Positions 14,401 to 29,400 of a stretch of DNA of 64,000 nt are shown piece by piece. The notes below the pieces were generated by a model that saw only the letters and a program-made list of their open reading frames with translations, searched no databases and was not told the DNA's origin. The translations under genes and the position numbers were made by a program. Every line of letters begins with the position of its first letter. Position 1 is the stretch's first letter. This DNA is from Phoronis australis. Its lineage: Eukaryota; Animalia; Phoronida. The DNA is taken from positions 186,001 to 250,000 of the forward strand of contig NMRA01000487.1 of assembly GCA_002633005.1 (NCBI GenBank), in the 5' to 3' direction.

Positions 14401-17400
14401 CGGCCATATTGTGTGTTAAATAAGAGTAACGTGCGATCCCTAAATTCCAGTCCCGGACCAGCAAACCCCAAAACCCCAAATTCCATACCCGCACCCCGGC
14501 GACCAAACTTCACACCCGCAGACCGATTCCTCACCTGCACCCATAGTCTGGGCATACAGTTTGGTACTTGGGTTTAGTGTTTTTGCAAATGGGTGATGTT
14601 TAGGATCCCAGGTCTGGTGTGTCGTAACTCCAGGGGGCATTGCAGATTGAAGTTTGTGCATTTAGCCACAAATATAACGAACTGCAGACTTTGCATTTTC
14701 AAATAATACACTCTTACTGAGTTAAAATTCGGTAAAAGTGTATTATCTGGAAGTACCGTCTGTAGAATTTGATTTTTTTACTTTTTAACAATTTGTCTTT
14801 AATTGGGTCACGAGATCATGTCTTTTAGCAAAATTTAGCAAAAAAGAAATGTACATTCCTGGAAAAACAGTGATATCAGTAACATCACCAAATTTTATTT
14901 GATATTATGTAATGTTGTTGATGAAATCTCAAAAATGCTGTTACAGTTTTCTAAACTATCAGTTCATTTCCATTTCATGTAACTTTTTAGTCTATTCATG
15001 AAAATCAAAAATGTTTTATTTTTTGATGGCCTTTCTGCAAAAATGGAGCATTTTAAAAACAATTCCTAAAACTGTTTAAGAGACCAGTGCATGGAGCATA
15101 GTATCTGTAAGTTTCATGTGAATCCGATCGGCCATTTCTGAGATATGATGTTACGAAGTTTGCAAAATTTGGACATTTTCCTAGGGTCCTACATAACCAT
15201 AACCACACGCTAGGTAAAGCAGTGTTCAGTAGGTAATTTTCCGGTCACACCTATGTACAAACACTCCATAAGTAAATAGTTAGTCATGGCAGAAGAGCCC
15301 CAGTGTGGTTGAAAAGGTTAAGAATGATGTTGAAGTTAGTCACTGATATATCATCAATGACATCAGTAACAAAATACAAGTATTCTTCTCTGTAGTCTCA
15401 TCCGTGCAGTGTGTAATTCCACATTTAAATGAAGCTAACTTTATGAAAACAGGCAGATAGGACAGCTGATCAGCAGGCAAATCACACTTAAACACAAAAG
15501 CATCCAATCTGTCGTCTTGCAAGTGACATTAACGTTTGTCTTTACTCAAGTAAAACGGAAATTCAATTTCTGGACAGTGATGTTGTCTATTGCATTTATT
15601 TATATTCACAATATTAAATAAAAATTACTAATTAAACTTGGCAACAACTGGCCACAGCTCAATGAAACTTAATAAATGCTTGGTGGGTATCAAGGCAGGT
15701 AAACACGCAATACAGAGAACGTTAGCTGCAGCTTGCGTTCACACACTTCCAACACATCTGGGTTTTCAATTGTGGAGAACATTGAATAGACATAACATAA
15801 CTAAGTGTGCAAAATGGTAACATTCTGGACAATCATGTATGATCACCATGGGTGGAAAGAGTCCAACCCAACCCACGTCATTGGAATATTGGCTTCTCAC
15901 AGTACTACAGCAGATCTGCCGTATGATTTGGAGTTAGACGATAAGAAGGCAGGTCAGAGGATTGACAAGCAGTTAGCATTCAGGAGATTTTTTTAGATGG
16001 CGGATCAGCTGTCCAATCAAAAGACAGATTGGAAGGCATGTGAACACAATATAAGCTAAATAGCTGAGGATTTTATTCAACAACAAGTGAAAAGAGTCCT
16101 ACTAAAGAATTACCACGATATCAAAAACACGGACGTAATCTGCAGTTATTCCCATAGTTGGAAGAGTCTGCGTTGTCACATCTGCAGTATCCCTGTTCAC
16201 CGCTATACATATGATGAAGTACTTACTGTTGAATGACTTCCTTGGGGTGAAGCAGACTGTCTGCCATTCTATGAGTGCCCCGCGGGGTAAGGCGGGTACA
16301 ACTACACATTCCATGATACCTTTATGACATGACTGTTGATGGCACATTCCGTGCTTGTTCTAAAAAAAATTTGACGACTGAAAATGTACACTATCATCAT
16401 GGGGCACAGCTCGGTACATTTATATTTACAGGTTCATGCAGTGACATCTTTAAAAATATTGTATGCTTCATGTTTTAGAGTGGAACCCTTTGTTCATGTT
16501 TTAGAGTTGAACCCTTTGTTTGGGCTCTTTGATAAAGAGAGTTAACACTTCCTGATTACACATTATAACACCATGGACCGAATGAAGTTCATCGATTTGA
16601 AGTTAGGGGTCCCCACTTTTGAAGCTCGAAATTGAATTTCTTGCCTATCTCATTTTAATAAGAATATTATAAGTCATTTAAAGTAAGATACACCAGGCAA
16701 TAGGCTGGGCATACCTCGTCAGTATAGAACATTTTCTCCCACTCCTCTTGTGCCAGATGTATGAAAGCAGTGTCAGTGACGTAGCAAACCACTAGAACAA
16801 TGTCCTGTAGAGTAGACTGAGGACTCATCGCGTCCAGAACATTGTGGACATGCCTTATTGACAAGCGAGCTTGTGGAATAATTCCTCCAATGACTACCTT
16901 CATGCTGGCTGGACACAGCGGGATTTGACCGGCAATGAAGATGGTTTCGTTTGTCTGAAAACAAAATACATGCACTAGATGATGGATATAATCATAAGTC
17001 ATCCAAGGAAAGTCAGGAGAAATGTTTCAATGAATTCCTAAGAGTTTTGATTTAATGATTTATGCATTGAAATACATGCATCGTTGTTATGTAGGATACT
17101 AGAAAAATTCCGAACTTGGCTAACTACAGAACATCATATCTCAGATATTCACATGAAACTTTCAGACACATCCAACATTTGTGTCAAATGAAATTTGGTT
17201 ATGTCAAAGATGCTGCTGTTTTGTTGCGAATGTAACATTCTTTTTTGCTAAAATTATAAAGATTTTCTACTTTCAGAAAATATGCACTTTTCTTGAGCTA
17301 ATTTCTTTATTTTCTAGGTACTTGACTAAATACGCGAACTTGTCGAGAAGGCCAAAAAAGCATAGTTGGTTCTAGTCTATGTTTTTTGCAAATGGAGTCA

Positions 17401-20400
17401 ATGCAGGACAGTGTATCTTTTAATCACCACTCGGCAAATAATGGCGTATGAAACCTTGCCTATCCATGTATGTATATCTTTGTGGAGATTTTCAGAAAAA
17501 AGCCAAGACCTTGGCTGAAATTGATACGGCGGGCGTTTGTTTTTTTTTNTGATTTGAAGTTAGGGGTCCCCACTTTTGAAGCTCAAAATTGAATTTCTTG
17601 CCTATCTCATTTTAATGAGAATAAGTCATTTAAAATAAGATACACCGGGCAATAGGCTGGGCATACCTCGTCAGTATAGAACATTTTCTCCCACTCTTCT
17701 TGTGCCAGATGTATGAAAGCAGTGTCAGTGACGTAGCAAACCACTAGAACAATGTCCTGTAGAGTAGACTGAGGACTCATCGCGTCCAGAACATTGTGGA
17801 CATGCCTAATGGACAAGCGAGCTTGTGGAATGATTCCTCCAATGACTACCTTCATGCTGGCTGGACACAGCGGGATTTGACCGGCAATGAAGATGGTTTC
17901 ATTTGTCTGAAAACAAAATACATGCACTAGATGACGGATATAATCATAAGTCATCCAAGGAAAGTCAGGAGAAATGTTTCAATGAATTCCTAAGAGTTTT
18001 GATTTAATGATTTATGCATTGAAATACATGCATCATTGTTATGTAGGATACTAGAAAAATTCCGAACTTGGCTAACTACAGAACATCATATCTCAGATAT
18101 TCACATGAAACTTTCAGACACATTGAACATTTGTGTCAAATGAAATTTGGTTATGTCAAAGATGCTGCTGTTTTGTTGCGAATGTAACATTCTTTTTTGC
18201 TAAAATTATAAAGATTTTCTACTTTCAGAAAATATGCACTTTTCTTGAGCTAATTTCTTTATTTTCTAGGTACTTGACTAAATACGCGAACTTGTCGAGA
18301 AGACCAAAAAAGCATAGTTGGTTCTAGTCTATGTTTTTTGCAAATGGAGTCAATGCAGGACAGTGTATCTTTTAATCACCACTCGGCAAATAATGGCGTA
18401 TGAAACCTTGCCTATCCATGTATGTATATCTTTGTGGAGATTTTCAGAAAAAAGCCAAGACCTTGGCTGAAATTGATACGGCGGGCGTTTGTTTTTTTTT
18501 AGCGGGCACAAAATGAGTCATGATAAACATCAGAACTAACTGTTTTTGCCTAACCTACATTCAATGTTTACAAATTTAAGGCGAAAATTTCCTGACTGTA
18601 GATGACAGTCAAGGAGAATCGGAAGCACGGCAGGATACCAGTGAGGCATGAAGAGAGGACCAAATATGAAACCATCTTAATGTGCTGTGCCACCAAAGAA
18701 AAGACCATGAAATCGAGAATATGAAAAAATTCTTAAGATATGATTGTCTAAATGAGTTAAGGCGAATCTAACCAAAACGCCACCATACTAAAAACATTAA
18801 AACACCGAACAGAGATGACGACAATATGCAACGACACTATACATAAAATGCTGGTATATACTAATAATAACAAAGATTTTGATAATCATTATCAATCTAA
18901 TTTCTACCTTTACAGCCTGACTATAAGGTCCTATGTTGGCCGGAGCCCAGTGTGACAGTCCCTGTACATGCATGGTCTCCCGGCAGCACGTATCATTGTT
19001 CCTTCGTAGATAGCAATCAATCTGCAAGGCAACATCGCCAGGCAGGTCCACTTGAACGCATACTCTAACCAGAAGACAATATATGAATCATAAAACAAAG
19101 GTCACCACAACCACGATACAGCTTTCACAACTTTGTTTTTATGAGATGGCATACACTATGTCTTAATCAAGATGCCTACAAAGAGCATTTACAAAGGAGT
19201 CCAAACATAACCTTAGAATTGACTTAAGAAGTATTGGATGAACTATTTCAGTCATGCACAGAATGTTAAGAAATAAAACTAATCACATAATGGTCAAGTG
19301 TGACCTGCGACTAACTACAAAAGTGGCAGACGACTGCGAGAATTGGTGATTTGTAATTGAATGACAAAAAACAACGGATTTTGTTGTTTTAAGCTCTGGT
19401 CATAGCTATTAACTCCAAGGAGTTTTTCTCATCCAACAATAATGCCAAAAATGCATTTATCGGCCATAAAAGCGATGTCACTGATAGCAAAATGACAAAT
19501 TTGATCTCCAGCCATCTAAAACCAGCCATTTATTATTGTTACTTAAATAAAATAAAATAAAGTAGATAACCAATCTATTCCATTTACAGGAGAGTGAACT
19601 ACAGTTCAAAGGTTGAAAGAAAAAACAAACTACCCTGAAAAAAAGGAAAATATATTCCACGTTTAGAGTAAGACAGGTCGTTCTCCAAGATTTTGGGATG
19701 GTGAAACTTGTCAGTTGTCAACTCCATTATGAGCAGCAGATGTCAACTCTCATCACGACAAAGGTCACAGTATAGTAGGATGTATATTATGCAATAAAAA
19801 CATTAGTAATGGATCACAATGTGATACCACTAATTACGAATATTTCAGCCAGATGTGCCTCGTTAAAACTTAACATTGCGGGATCCGCAGAAAGGAACAG
19901 TTGTCATCTCCACAACATAAAGTTTTAACAAGGTATGTCTGGCAGGATATTCATAGTCCTAATCATGGACCTGGATCTATAGTAAATTAGACGACACATT
20001 GTTTTTTCGGAAAATTATAGGTGTTCAACAAATTCTTTCAAAAAAAATTATCTGTTTTTAACTAGACGAGCACACATTAATTTTTTGCTCAAACAATTAT
20101 TGTCTCACCTGGCAGGTGGATTAATACTGAAGTAGGTTGCATAGACTGCATTGATGTCGGCGAATTCCTGCATACTTCTAACATAAATATGCACAACTAC
20201 CAGCTCAGACATGCTGAAATTGTGTTTAATTACCAAGTCTAAAAATAAACAAATCAAATATGTACGTATGTGGAGAAAAGAACATCTGTCAGTTAAAGCG
20301 GTAAGAACCCCGCCTTTGGCATTAAAAGAAAGCAAGACCTAGTAGAGTGATGTCAAGTTAATCAGATGATGAATAATTTCTGGGCCATGGAGGAACTGAA

Positions 20401-23400
20401 CGATTGGAAGAACTCGAGAGCATGATTGGTGCATTAAATGAAATGAAACACTATAAGTCAGAGCTTGGAATGACCAATGACAAAAAAGAGGAAAATTTTC
20501 CAGGTGATGTAGTATTCCACAAACAGGCTTGTGTGATAGAGATATTTTTTGTGTTGTAAAATTTAACTGAAATAAATGTTTTTGCATGAGTAAAGTCAAA
20601 ATAATGCTAACAAAGAGGCGAAAAAAGAGACAAGGGGAACTCAAATGTGGAAATCTAAATCAAAAAAGGAAATTATGTTAAAAGAGGAAAACTCCAAGCC
20701 ATGACAAGTCAAACCGATGAGCCCGATCTCAACCAAATAACAAATTACAAAGTCTGTGTTCTCCCCAAGCCCGACAATCACCTCTAACCCGAGTAAAGAA
20801 CAAAATATTAAGAGTAGTTTTGTAATGGTAAGTTTGCCAAGTCAAGTTATTTTTTGATGGAAGGCATGTTTGTAATCACTTTAAACTAAGCATGACCATA
20901 CAGTTAGGTTAAGGACATGCCCCCTCTTTACCAATCAGTTGTGAGGTGCAGGATTTTTACAGGTAATATGCAGCTTCCCTTTATTCCAATACCAGACTCC
21001 AGGATGCAAACTGCATCTTCACTAAGTCCCATATATTTCATCTCGTTAACTTGGCATTTATATTTTTTATCTTACATTAAATTCAATGCACAAAACTTGT
21101 ACGACATTACAAGTGAATGGTTCCAATCAAAAAGAAATTGGATGTAATAAAACCATCATAACATTATCTTTCATTTTAATCAAAAGCTTCATTCTACTAG
21201 AGTACAAGCTTTGGGTCTTTCAATAAAGTGACATTGAGAGGTTATAAGGAAACAATGACAAATAGCCCCCCCGGGCTGAACACGAAGGTATTATCTTTCT
21301 ACTTTGCAGGACATAAATCAACTGAAACACAATGAAATGTATTCTGTGTTCTATATGGAATTTGAACCACTACGTCAACCTGAGGGCCACAAGAACAGTC
21401 AATCTCATGTGACCTGGAGTGTATTCTTACTAGACACAAAACACTCTCAAAGACAAATCTTATGGACCAGAAAGAGTGAATTCTATCCCATAATGCAACA
21501 TTTTGACCTCACCAACCAATCACTTTAGTGGCCGCCATTTTGTAAAGTACAATAGTATACTTGCGAAACACTCGCCTTTCACTATTGTCACGGTGGTTTT
21601 GTATGGTCTCGTATGATCTTAATGTTATGAAAGTTTCTTGTTTCTACCGAACGTACCCCAGTACAGTTCACAAAATTATTCAATTGTCACTATGCACAGA
21701 ATGGAAAATTTTCTACAATGATAACGAAATGTGGGTACTGTACACACATTGTTATTCTAGGCAAGGATAAGTGAAACTTTAAAAACGGCCCGTTCTAACC
21801 TTTCAAGCTCTCCATGGCTGCTTGCGTGGCCTCTCTGATGGACCCCCCGTCCCTGACAACAGCGTGTACACCTGACACCCACAGCTTCTCGCTGGTCACC
21901 TGGGCCAGTACAGGTGGAGCGAACGACTCCAGTCTGTGCTCAAAGTCCGCCTTTATATGATGGTCCACACTGAAACTTCTGTCCAGAGCGTGGGGAGGAG
22001 GTTGGCAGACAGATGCAGAGAAAAGGTCTCGGAACAAGTCGGTGCTCCGTTTCATAGGAAGATGTTTGACACGGTCGAGTAGAGACTTGGATGTATCCTA
22101 GGCAAGGAATGGTATTACAGTTTGTCTAAATTGTAAAGCCTAGTTTAAAATTTTTTAATGATTTCACCCAAAACTGAGTCTGGTACATGCCATGGTATAA
22201 TTAGAACTTTCAATGACAGATGGAAACATTATTCAGCTAAAACACTTACATTCTTCATTGCGATGCAAAGTAGAGTGTGTCGTTGAAACCGAACATTTTT
22301 CCAAACTTTCTTTCATCAATGAATTTTCAAACGTGTTTCAAATATTCGAGGAGAGTTACAGAGCACTGTACTTGTCTGGGTTAGCCCCAGGGTGCCTAAA
22401 TTGACATGTCAGGGGTGGGCATTAACCTGAATTTCTGATTTGGGTTAACTTCAGAGCAACTAAAAATACCATACTACTGAGTCACTCAAAAACAGACCAG
22501 AACCAACTATGTATTCTTGGCCTAATCCAAATATTACTGACTTCGAAGTTTTTCTCAGCTTTATAGAAAACATCAAGTGAAAGAAATGGATGAACAACTA
22601 CACGTATTTTGAATCAACAACACATCCCAACTAATGTAATTTACACTGAAGTGAATGCACTACTGAGATACCTTTGAGATACCTACAATTTCCTTGTCCT
22701 CTAAATGCATCTCTTCGACCTTCAGATATCCTACGGCAGCAAAGTCACTCCCAGAATCAGCGATGACTTGCTGTGTGTCACTGTGAGCAAGCAGATGAAG
22801 TATGAAATTAAATCCTGAATGACCAACCAAATGTAAAATGACCCTAACACATCCAAACAAAAGCATACAGTAGATGCAAAATTATCTGCAAAAGTCAAGA
22901 AGCATAATTATAGAAAATGCACAATAGGCAGAATATCACCGACACTAATTATGTTTTTTCACCAAGTGGGAGTTTAATAAGCAAAACAAGAGCTGACACA
23001 TCAGCACTACAGATGAACTAAAAGTGTAAAATTCTTATAACACACTATATTAAGGAGCTTAAACCACATTACGTGGGTGCACATTTGTTGTTTGAGCAGA
23101 CAGGAACAGCCACACAAACCATGCCATCAATGCCAGGATTATAACTTAAAGCATAACCACTCGAAGACCTCAAGCTTTCTCCGACTCATTCCAGTCAGCA
23201 CTACTTCAAGTCGTAACTCAATTACATTCAAGTATATTATGTAATTTTGCAAAAGCTTTCTAATGTTTTTACAAAACATTTTTCATGAAAATTGGATTTT
23301 TGACAACAAAGTACGCCAGAGGAGTGAAACCTTACATGACAATTTTTTTGTTAAACAGAGGACAGTCGAGGGTGACCGTTTCATACTCCCCTCCTTCACC

Positions 23401-26400
23401 GCACACATTAAGACCAAAGCGGGATTTCTGAAAGAACAAAATTCCTGATTTAATTATTTACAACAAAGATTCCATTGTGTAAGATGAACAGCGGTGTATA
23501 TATTTCAAGGATGTGGGTAACATAAACCTTCTCCGTAATGTAGAGAACCTGATCTGCATTTCAGTTTTTATAATCTCCGGTCAAAAATATAAACATGGTG
23601 CCATCTAATTTTGCTTTCTGCAAATTTCCAGAAACACCTGCCGTTACCACTTTCATCAACTGTGCAAGTCATTATCATTTAGCAACAAAAGAATAAAAAA
23701 TAAGAATCACTAAGCAAATTTCTTGTAAAGCAGAAAATTCTCGAGCATATCAAATTAAACATGGTTTAATACCAAAGTTGAATACGTATATGGAGAACAC
23801 TGTTAAATTTTGCCAAATTTGGTGAAGGTTTTTTTAAACTATAAAGCAGAATTCTGGTCATCTTTGCTAAGTAAGTGCACTGCCTTGTTTCATTTTTGGC
23901 ACAGTAAACAAACGAAGGCTTTACCATTGCCAACATATGGGGTTGTATTTCTTTCAGTGATAAGCCTAAATGCTTGTCAGGGCGTAGACCTAAAATTGAC
24001 AATTAGAAATTAAAGTACGACTCAAGCAAAATTGAACTTATTATTCTGAAGTTTAAAAAATAAAATTAAAATCAAATATAAAAGCAATAAATGAAGTCTA
24101 ATGGTTATGAAAAATTTACCAAAGGAATAGGATTCAAAAAATGTATTCACGACAAACGATCTTTGTAAAATTGAAGGTATGTCCCCTCTTTGCCTTTGGA
24201 AAGAAAGTTTTTCTGACACACGGTCTATGTTCGTCAAGGGACATATGTCGAACATAAACAATCTTTGTGTTGCATGGACACCCATCATATAAAATGAGAA
24301 AATGTAACAACAGAAAAAGAAATAATGATAAAATGATGTAGCTTGCTTAATTTCCCTTCCCCACAGCCTATTACTCATTGCTTAATTTCCCTTCCCCACA
24401 GACCATTACCCATTGCAGCAACTTTAATCAGCACTGCATTCACTTGGCATGCTATCATTTCACCGAGGAGTTCCTCTTGATCCCGTCTCCATAGATATGC
24501 TAAAGACGTCAGTCCAAGTCTCGCACACCTAGACCAATAAAGATTTTTAGATATTGCAAATGCAAAACTTACGGAAAATTGTATTTAAAAGTACTGCACA
24601 ATTTAAAGTAAGTTATTGCTGTAACTACAATCTTTAGTTATCCAGACACTGAAAAAATAAAAAATGCCTATTGGGTACAGACCACAGATGCAGCGAAACC
24701 TGTGCTAATAATGGACCACTCCAAGTCTCCATTTTATCAAAAGTTGTATGCCCAGTGGTAGTCAAGACCAACCTATGGTATATTTTACCGACAGTTCATT
24801 AAAAAGGTTAAAGAGAAATCCAGAGTGAACATGAATACAATATGTGGTCGAATTTACGATAGTTGCAGTGGTTCATTTCTATTAAAGCACAGCATCATCT
24901 TCGCGATCACATGCCTACGGATGTCTTGGCTACAACCAAGTGCGTGACCTTTGATGAAATGGGTCCTTAGAGCATAGCATTGGATTTGGGCTGTCAGCAG
25001 CATGTCTGGATCAGTAAAACTCAGGTAATACGCTGACAACAGATGGCAGTCTAATGCACATCAGATCAGTCCTGTAAGTGGCTTGTAATAAGTAAAATAC
25101 TATAAATGCGAAATAGGTTTTTTCTTCCAATCCCTAAAACGAAATAACAATGACTAGAATTTTCATTGTACCATATTCGCCGTAATAACCGCCCATGCCC
25201 CTATAAGCGCCCCCCACACGATTTCAGACTTTGCTGAAATAAGCGCCCAGTCCATGAACGTGTACATGCGAACAATGACGTACCTACAGTCCTAAAACTC
25301 GGCTACAGTAACGTCTTCAATTTATCAAAAAATTTTTGCACGGGTCTTCTAGACCACCAGCGGCACTGCTACGTTTGTATTTATCCGTGACTTTACACTT
25401 CAAAGTAACGTAGCGCTTCAAAAAGAACGCAACAGCGTTGCTACGNAGACCAAAGCGGGATTTCTGAAAGAACAAAATTCCTGATTTAATTATTTACAAC
25501 AAAGATTCCATTGTGTAAGATGAAAAAGCTGTGTATATATTTAAAGGATGTGGATAACATAAACCTTCTCCGTAATGTAGAGAACCTGATCTGCATTTCA
25601 GTTTTTAAAATCTCAGGTCAAAAATATAAACATGGTGCCATCTAATTTTGCTTTCTGCGAATTTCCAGAAACACCTGCCGTTACCACTTTCATCTACTGT
25701 GCAAGTCATTATCATTTAACAAAAGAAAAAAAATAAGAATCACTAGGCAAATTTCTTGTAAAGCAGAAAATTCTCAAGCATATCAAATCAAACATGGTTT
25801 AATGCCAATGTTGAATACATATATGGAGAACAATGTTAAATTTTGCCAAAACATTACAGCTAGAGAAAATTTAGTGAATGTGTTTTTAAACTATAGAGCA
25901 GAATTCTGGTCTTCTTTGCTAAGTAAGTGCACTGTCTTGTTTCATTTTTGGCACAGTACACAAACGAAGGCCTTACCATTGCCAACATATGGGGTTGTAT
26001 TTCTTTTAGTGATAAGCCTAAATGCTTGTCAGGGCGTAGACCTAAAATTGACAATTAGAAATTAAAGTATGACTCAAGCAAAATTGAACTTAATTCTGAA
26101 GTTTAAAAAATAAAATTTAAATCAAATAGAAAAGCAATAAATATAGTCTAATGGTTACGAAAAATTTACCAAAGGAATAGGATTCAAAAAATGGATTCAC
26201 GACAAACGATCTTTGTAAAATTGAAGGTATGTCCCCTCGTTACCTTTGGAAAGAAAGTTTTTATGACACACGGTCTATGTTCGTTAAGGAACATATGTCG
26301 AACATAAACAATCTTTGTGTTGCATGGACATCCATCATATAAAATGAGAAAATGTAACAACAGAAAAAAAAATAATTTCCCTTCCCTACAGCCCATTACC

Positions 26401-29400
26401 CATTGCAGCAACTTTAATCAGCACAGCATTCACTTGGCATGCTATCATTTCACCGAGGAGTTCCTCTTGATCCCGTCTCCAGAGATATGCTAAAGACGTC
26501 AGTCCAAGTCTCGCACACCTAGACCAATAAAGATTTTTAGATATTGCAAATGCAAAACGTACGAAAAATTGTATTTAAAAGTACTGCACAATTTAAAGTA
26601 AGTTATTGCTGTAACTACAATCTTTAGTTAGTTATCCAGACAAAAATAAAAAATGCCTATTGGGTACAGACCACGGTTGCAGCGAAACCTGTGCTAGTAA
26701 TGGACCACTCCAACTCTCCATTTTATCAAAAGTTGTATGCCCAGTGGTAGTCAAGACAAACTTATGGTATATTTTATCAACTGACAGTTCATTAAAAACG
26801 GTTAAAGAGAAAGCCAGTGAACACGAATACAGTATGTGGTCGAATTTACGATAGTTGCATGCTTGCAGTGTTTCATTACTATTAAAGCACAGCATCATCT
26901 TCGCGATCACATGCCTACGGATGTCTTAGCTACAACCACGTGCGTGACCTTTGATGAAATGGCTCCTTAGAGCATAGCATTGGATTTGGGCTGTCAGCAG
27001 CATGTCTGGATCAGTAAAACTCATGTAATATGGCAGTCTAATGCACATCAGATCAGTCCTGTAAGTGGCTTTTAATAAGTAAAATACTATACATGCAAAA
27101 CAGGTTTTTTATTCCAGTCCCTAAAACAAAATAACAATGACTAGAATTTTCATTATATATGATGGAAATGTTTTTGAAACATTACATATTTCCAAAGACG
27201 CAGACTATTCATGAGGGAACTCGCAAATGCTATCAGGTACGCTTCTTGCAAAGCGGACATTTACACACTGAGTTTTCTGTAAGACTGTCCTAAACGTAAG
27301 ACAAGATTATGAAAGAACTAAAATTTTCCAGATCAGCACACAACCAGCTAATAACCTTGTAATGATCGCTTACACTGACTCTACTCTGACTCGCTGGTAG
27401 TTAGATAAAATAGCTCCACACGACACTGCTTCAATGTTCAGCTCATCCTGTAAAAGAGCGTAATATTGAACAAAGTGTAATATTGAACAAAGTGTAACAT
27501 TGAACAAAGTGTAATATTGAACAAAGTGTAATATTGAACAAAGTGTAATCTCTAAAGCCTCAAGTGTCTGAGAGATTGCATGCCGACACATATAAATGTT
27601 GAGAACCACCGAGATAAACATCACATCCTGAAATCAGTCAGTTCAGGCAAACTTGAGTATATTGTGAAGGAAAATAGCACATACATGCATAGTATAGTAA
27701 AAGTTTTCCAACTTCGAACAAAAATAATCGTTACATAAAATTGTCATTTCCCCATTTTTCACAGGACAAAACTATATCCCTGTAGACACTGATCATACAA
27801 CCTTTGATGACAAGTGAATAGCACAAAATTAGTAAACAGAAACAATAAACCTGAAGAAAATTTCGAAGAAACAAAGTTTTGACTTAGATGGCTTACTGGT
27901 TTTAAATTGTTCCTTACTAGTATTCAGATAAAAAGAGATTTTTGGTTTTGCAAAGAATTAACCGTTTGTTATTCCTCGAGACCATACTAAGTGATATTGA
28001 AGGGCACACCATGATAATTTAACTTGTAGGGCTTTGCCTCACACAGTGAAGAACCTTCAGTTCTGTCCAAGCCGAGAAATCCCAATTTCATAACACTAAG
28101 TAGTATGAATCAAAACTTGGTTTTTGAGACAAAAGGGCAGGTTTATAGTCAAATTAAGTAAAACTTTCTCAAAATTATTGGCAACCGAAAAAAGTGACAG
28201 TATTCCACTTTTCTGTCATATTGTGGCCTCAACTGGAGAACTTTCACTATAAAATATTCTATTTCTAATATTATTCACGTATGTTTAGTCATTTAACAGT
28301 AATTAGCAATGGAAGGTTTTCATCATAGACACACGCCGGTTGAAAACACAACTAACCTTTATTTGTTTTAGAAGTTCAAACAAGTCCTCCACTTCGTCTT
28401 GACCATTTGGCAAGTACTCTTTTCCTATTTCCACAGACGATCCCTGGATAGTACGACGGTACAGAGGGAGATTCATAGCCTCAGCGTACAGGTCAATACA
28501 CTCATGGCCGACTGTCTGGTACATGTAGCTGTCAAGTTCATCTAAGGGTGAAAGGTCAATACTCCATAGGTCAAGCGGCTAAATTCCAAGATTCCTGGAT
28601 AATGATGGTATGGGGTACTTTCGAATGTTATTGTCACAAGACTCAAATTACGGATTTTGTCGAATATTACTTGATGCTCCATAAATAAACTGACCCAACA
28701 AGGGCAATAATGACTGCAAACTAAAACATTGCAGCGCCTCTTTCATTCTTATGTGAACACAAAAGCAAAACAAAGAAATACAATACCAAATACAATACCA
28801 AATACAATTATCAAATCGCCCTTTTGCCAGAAAAAAAAACTTTTAGTGTTTAAAACCGATTTATGAAATCATTCTCATGGTTCCTTACTCAAATTAGAAG
28901 GGGTCTTAAAAAGCACAGTCATTTCGTTTTTGAGACAAGACACAACAAGATAGCTTGTCACAGCGTGTCAATCAATGTGACAAGGGTGGTCTAAGTACTA
29001 ACCAATAGGATCGTATTGGACAGAAATCTCGTCATGGAAGTAGGAAAACGCCTTGTTTATATTGGCCTCGTTTTGGAAATGTGCAGCTGGTTCTAGGAAT
29101 CATGGCAGGAAATATAGCATCCTCAAGTTTATCCAGCTTTCTGACGTCAGAGTTGCAACCCACAGCACACCAGTAAAGCTCCGTTGGCATTGGAATGTCG
29201 AGTGCAGTTAGTGCAGTCGAGAAAAACGAGGCAAAAGAAATGCACCAACAAATAACATGAAAAACTCCGAAAAGTGCAAACAAGTCTAGAAAGCTGCTTG
29301 ACAGATATTGAGCATTGTGGGTAAATACTGCGAGATTCAAGTGTTGCTGTGTAATTAAAGACAGTCCTATTGTCAGTTCATAGTTCATAGTTCATAGTTC

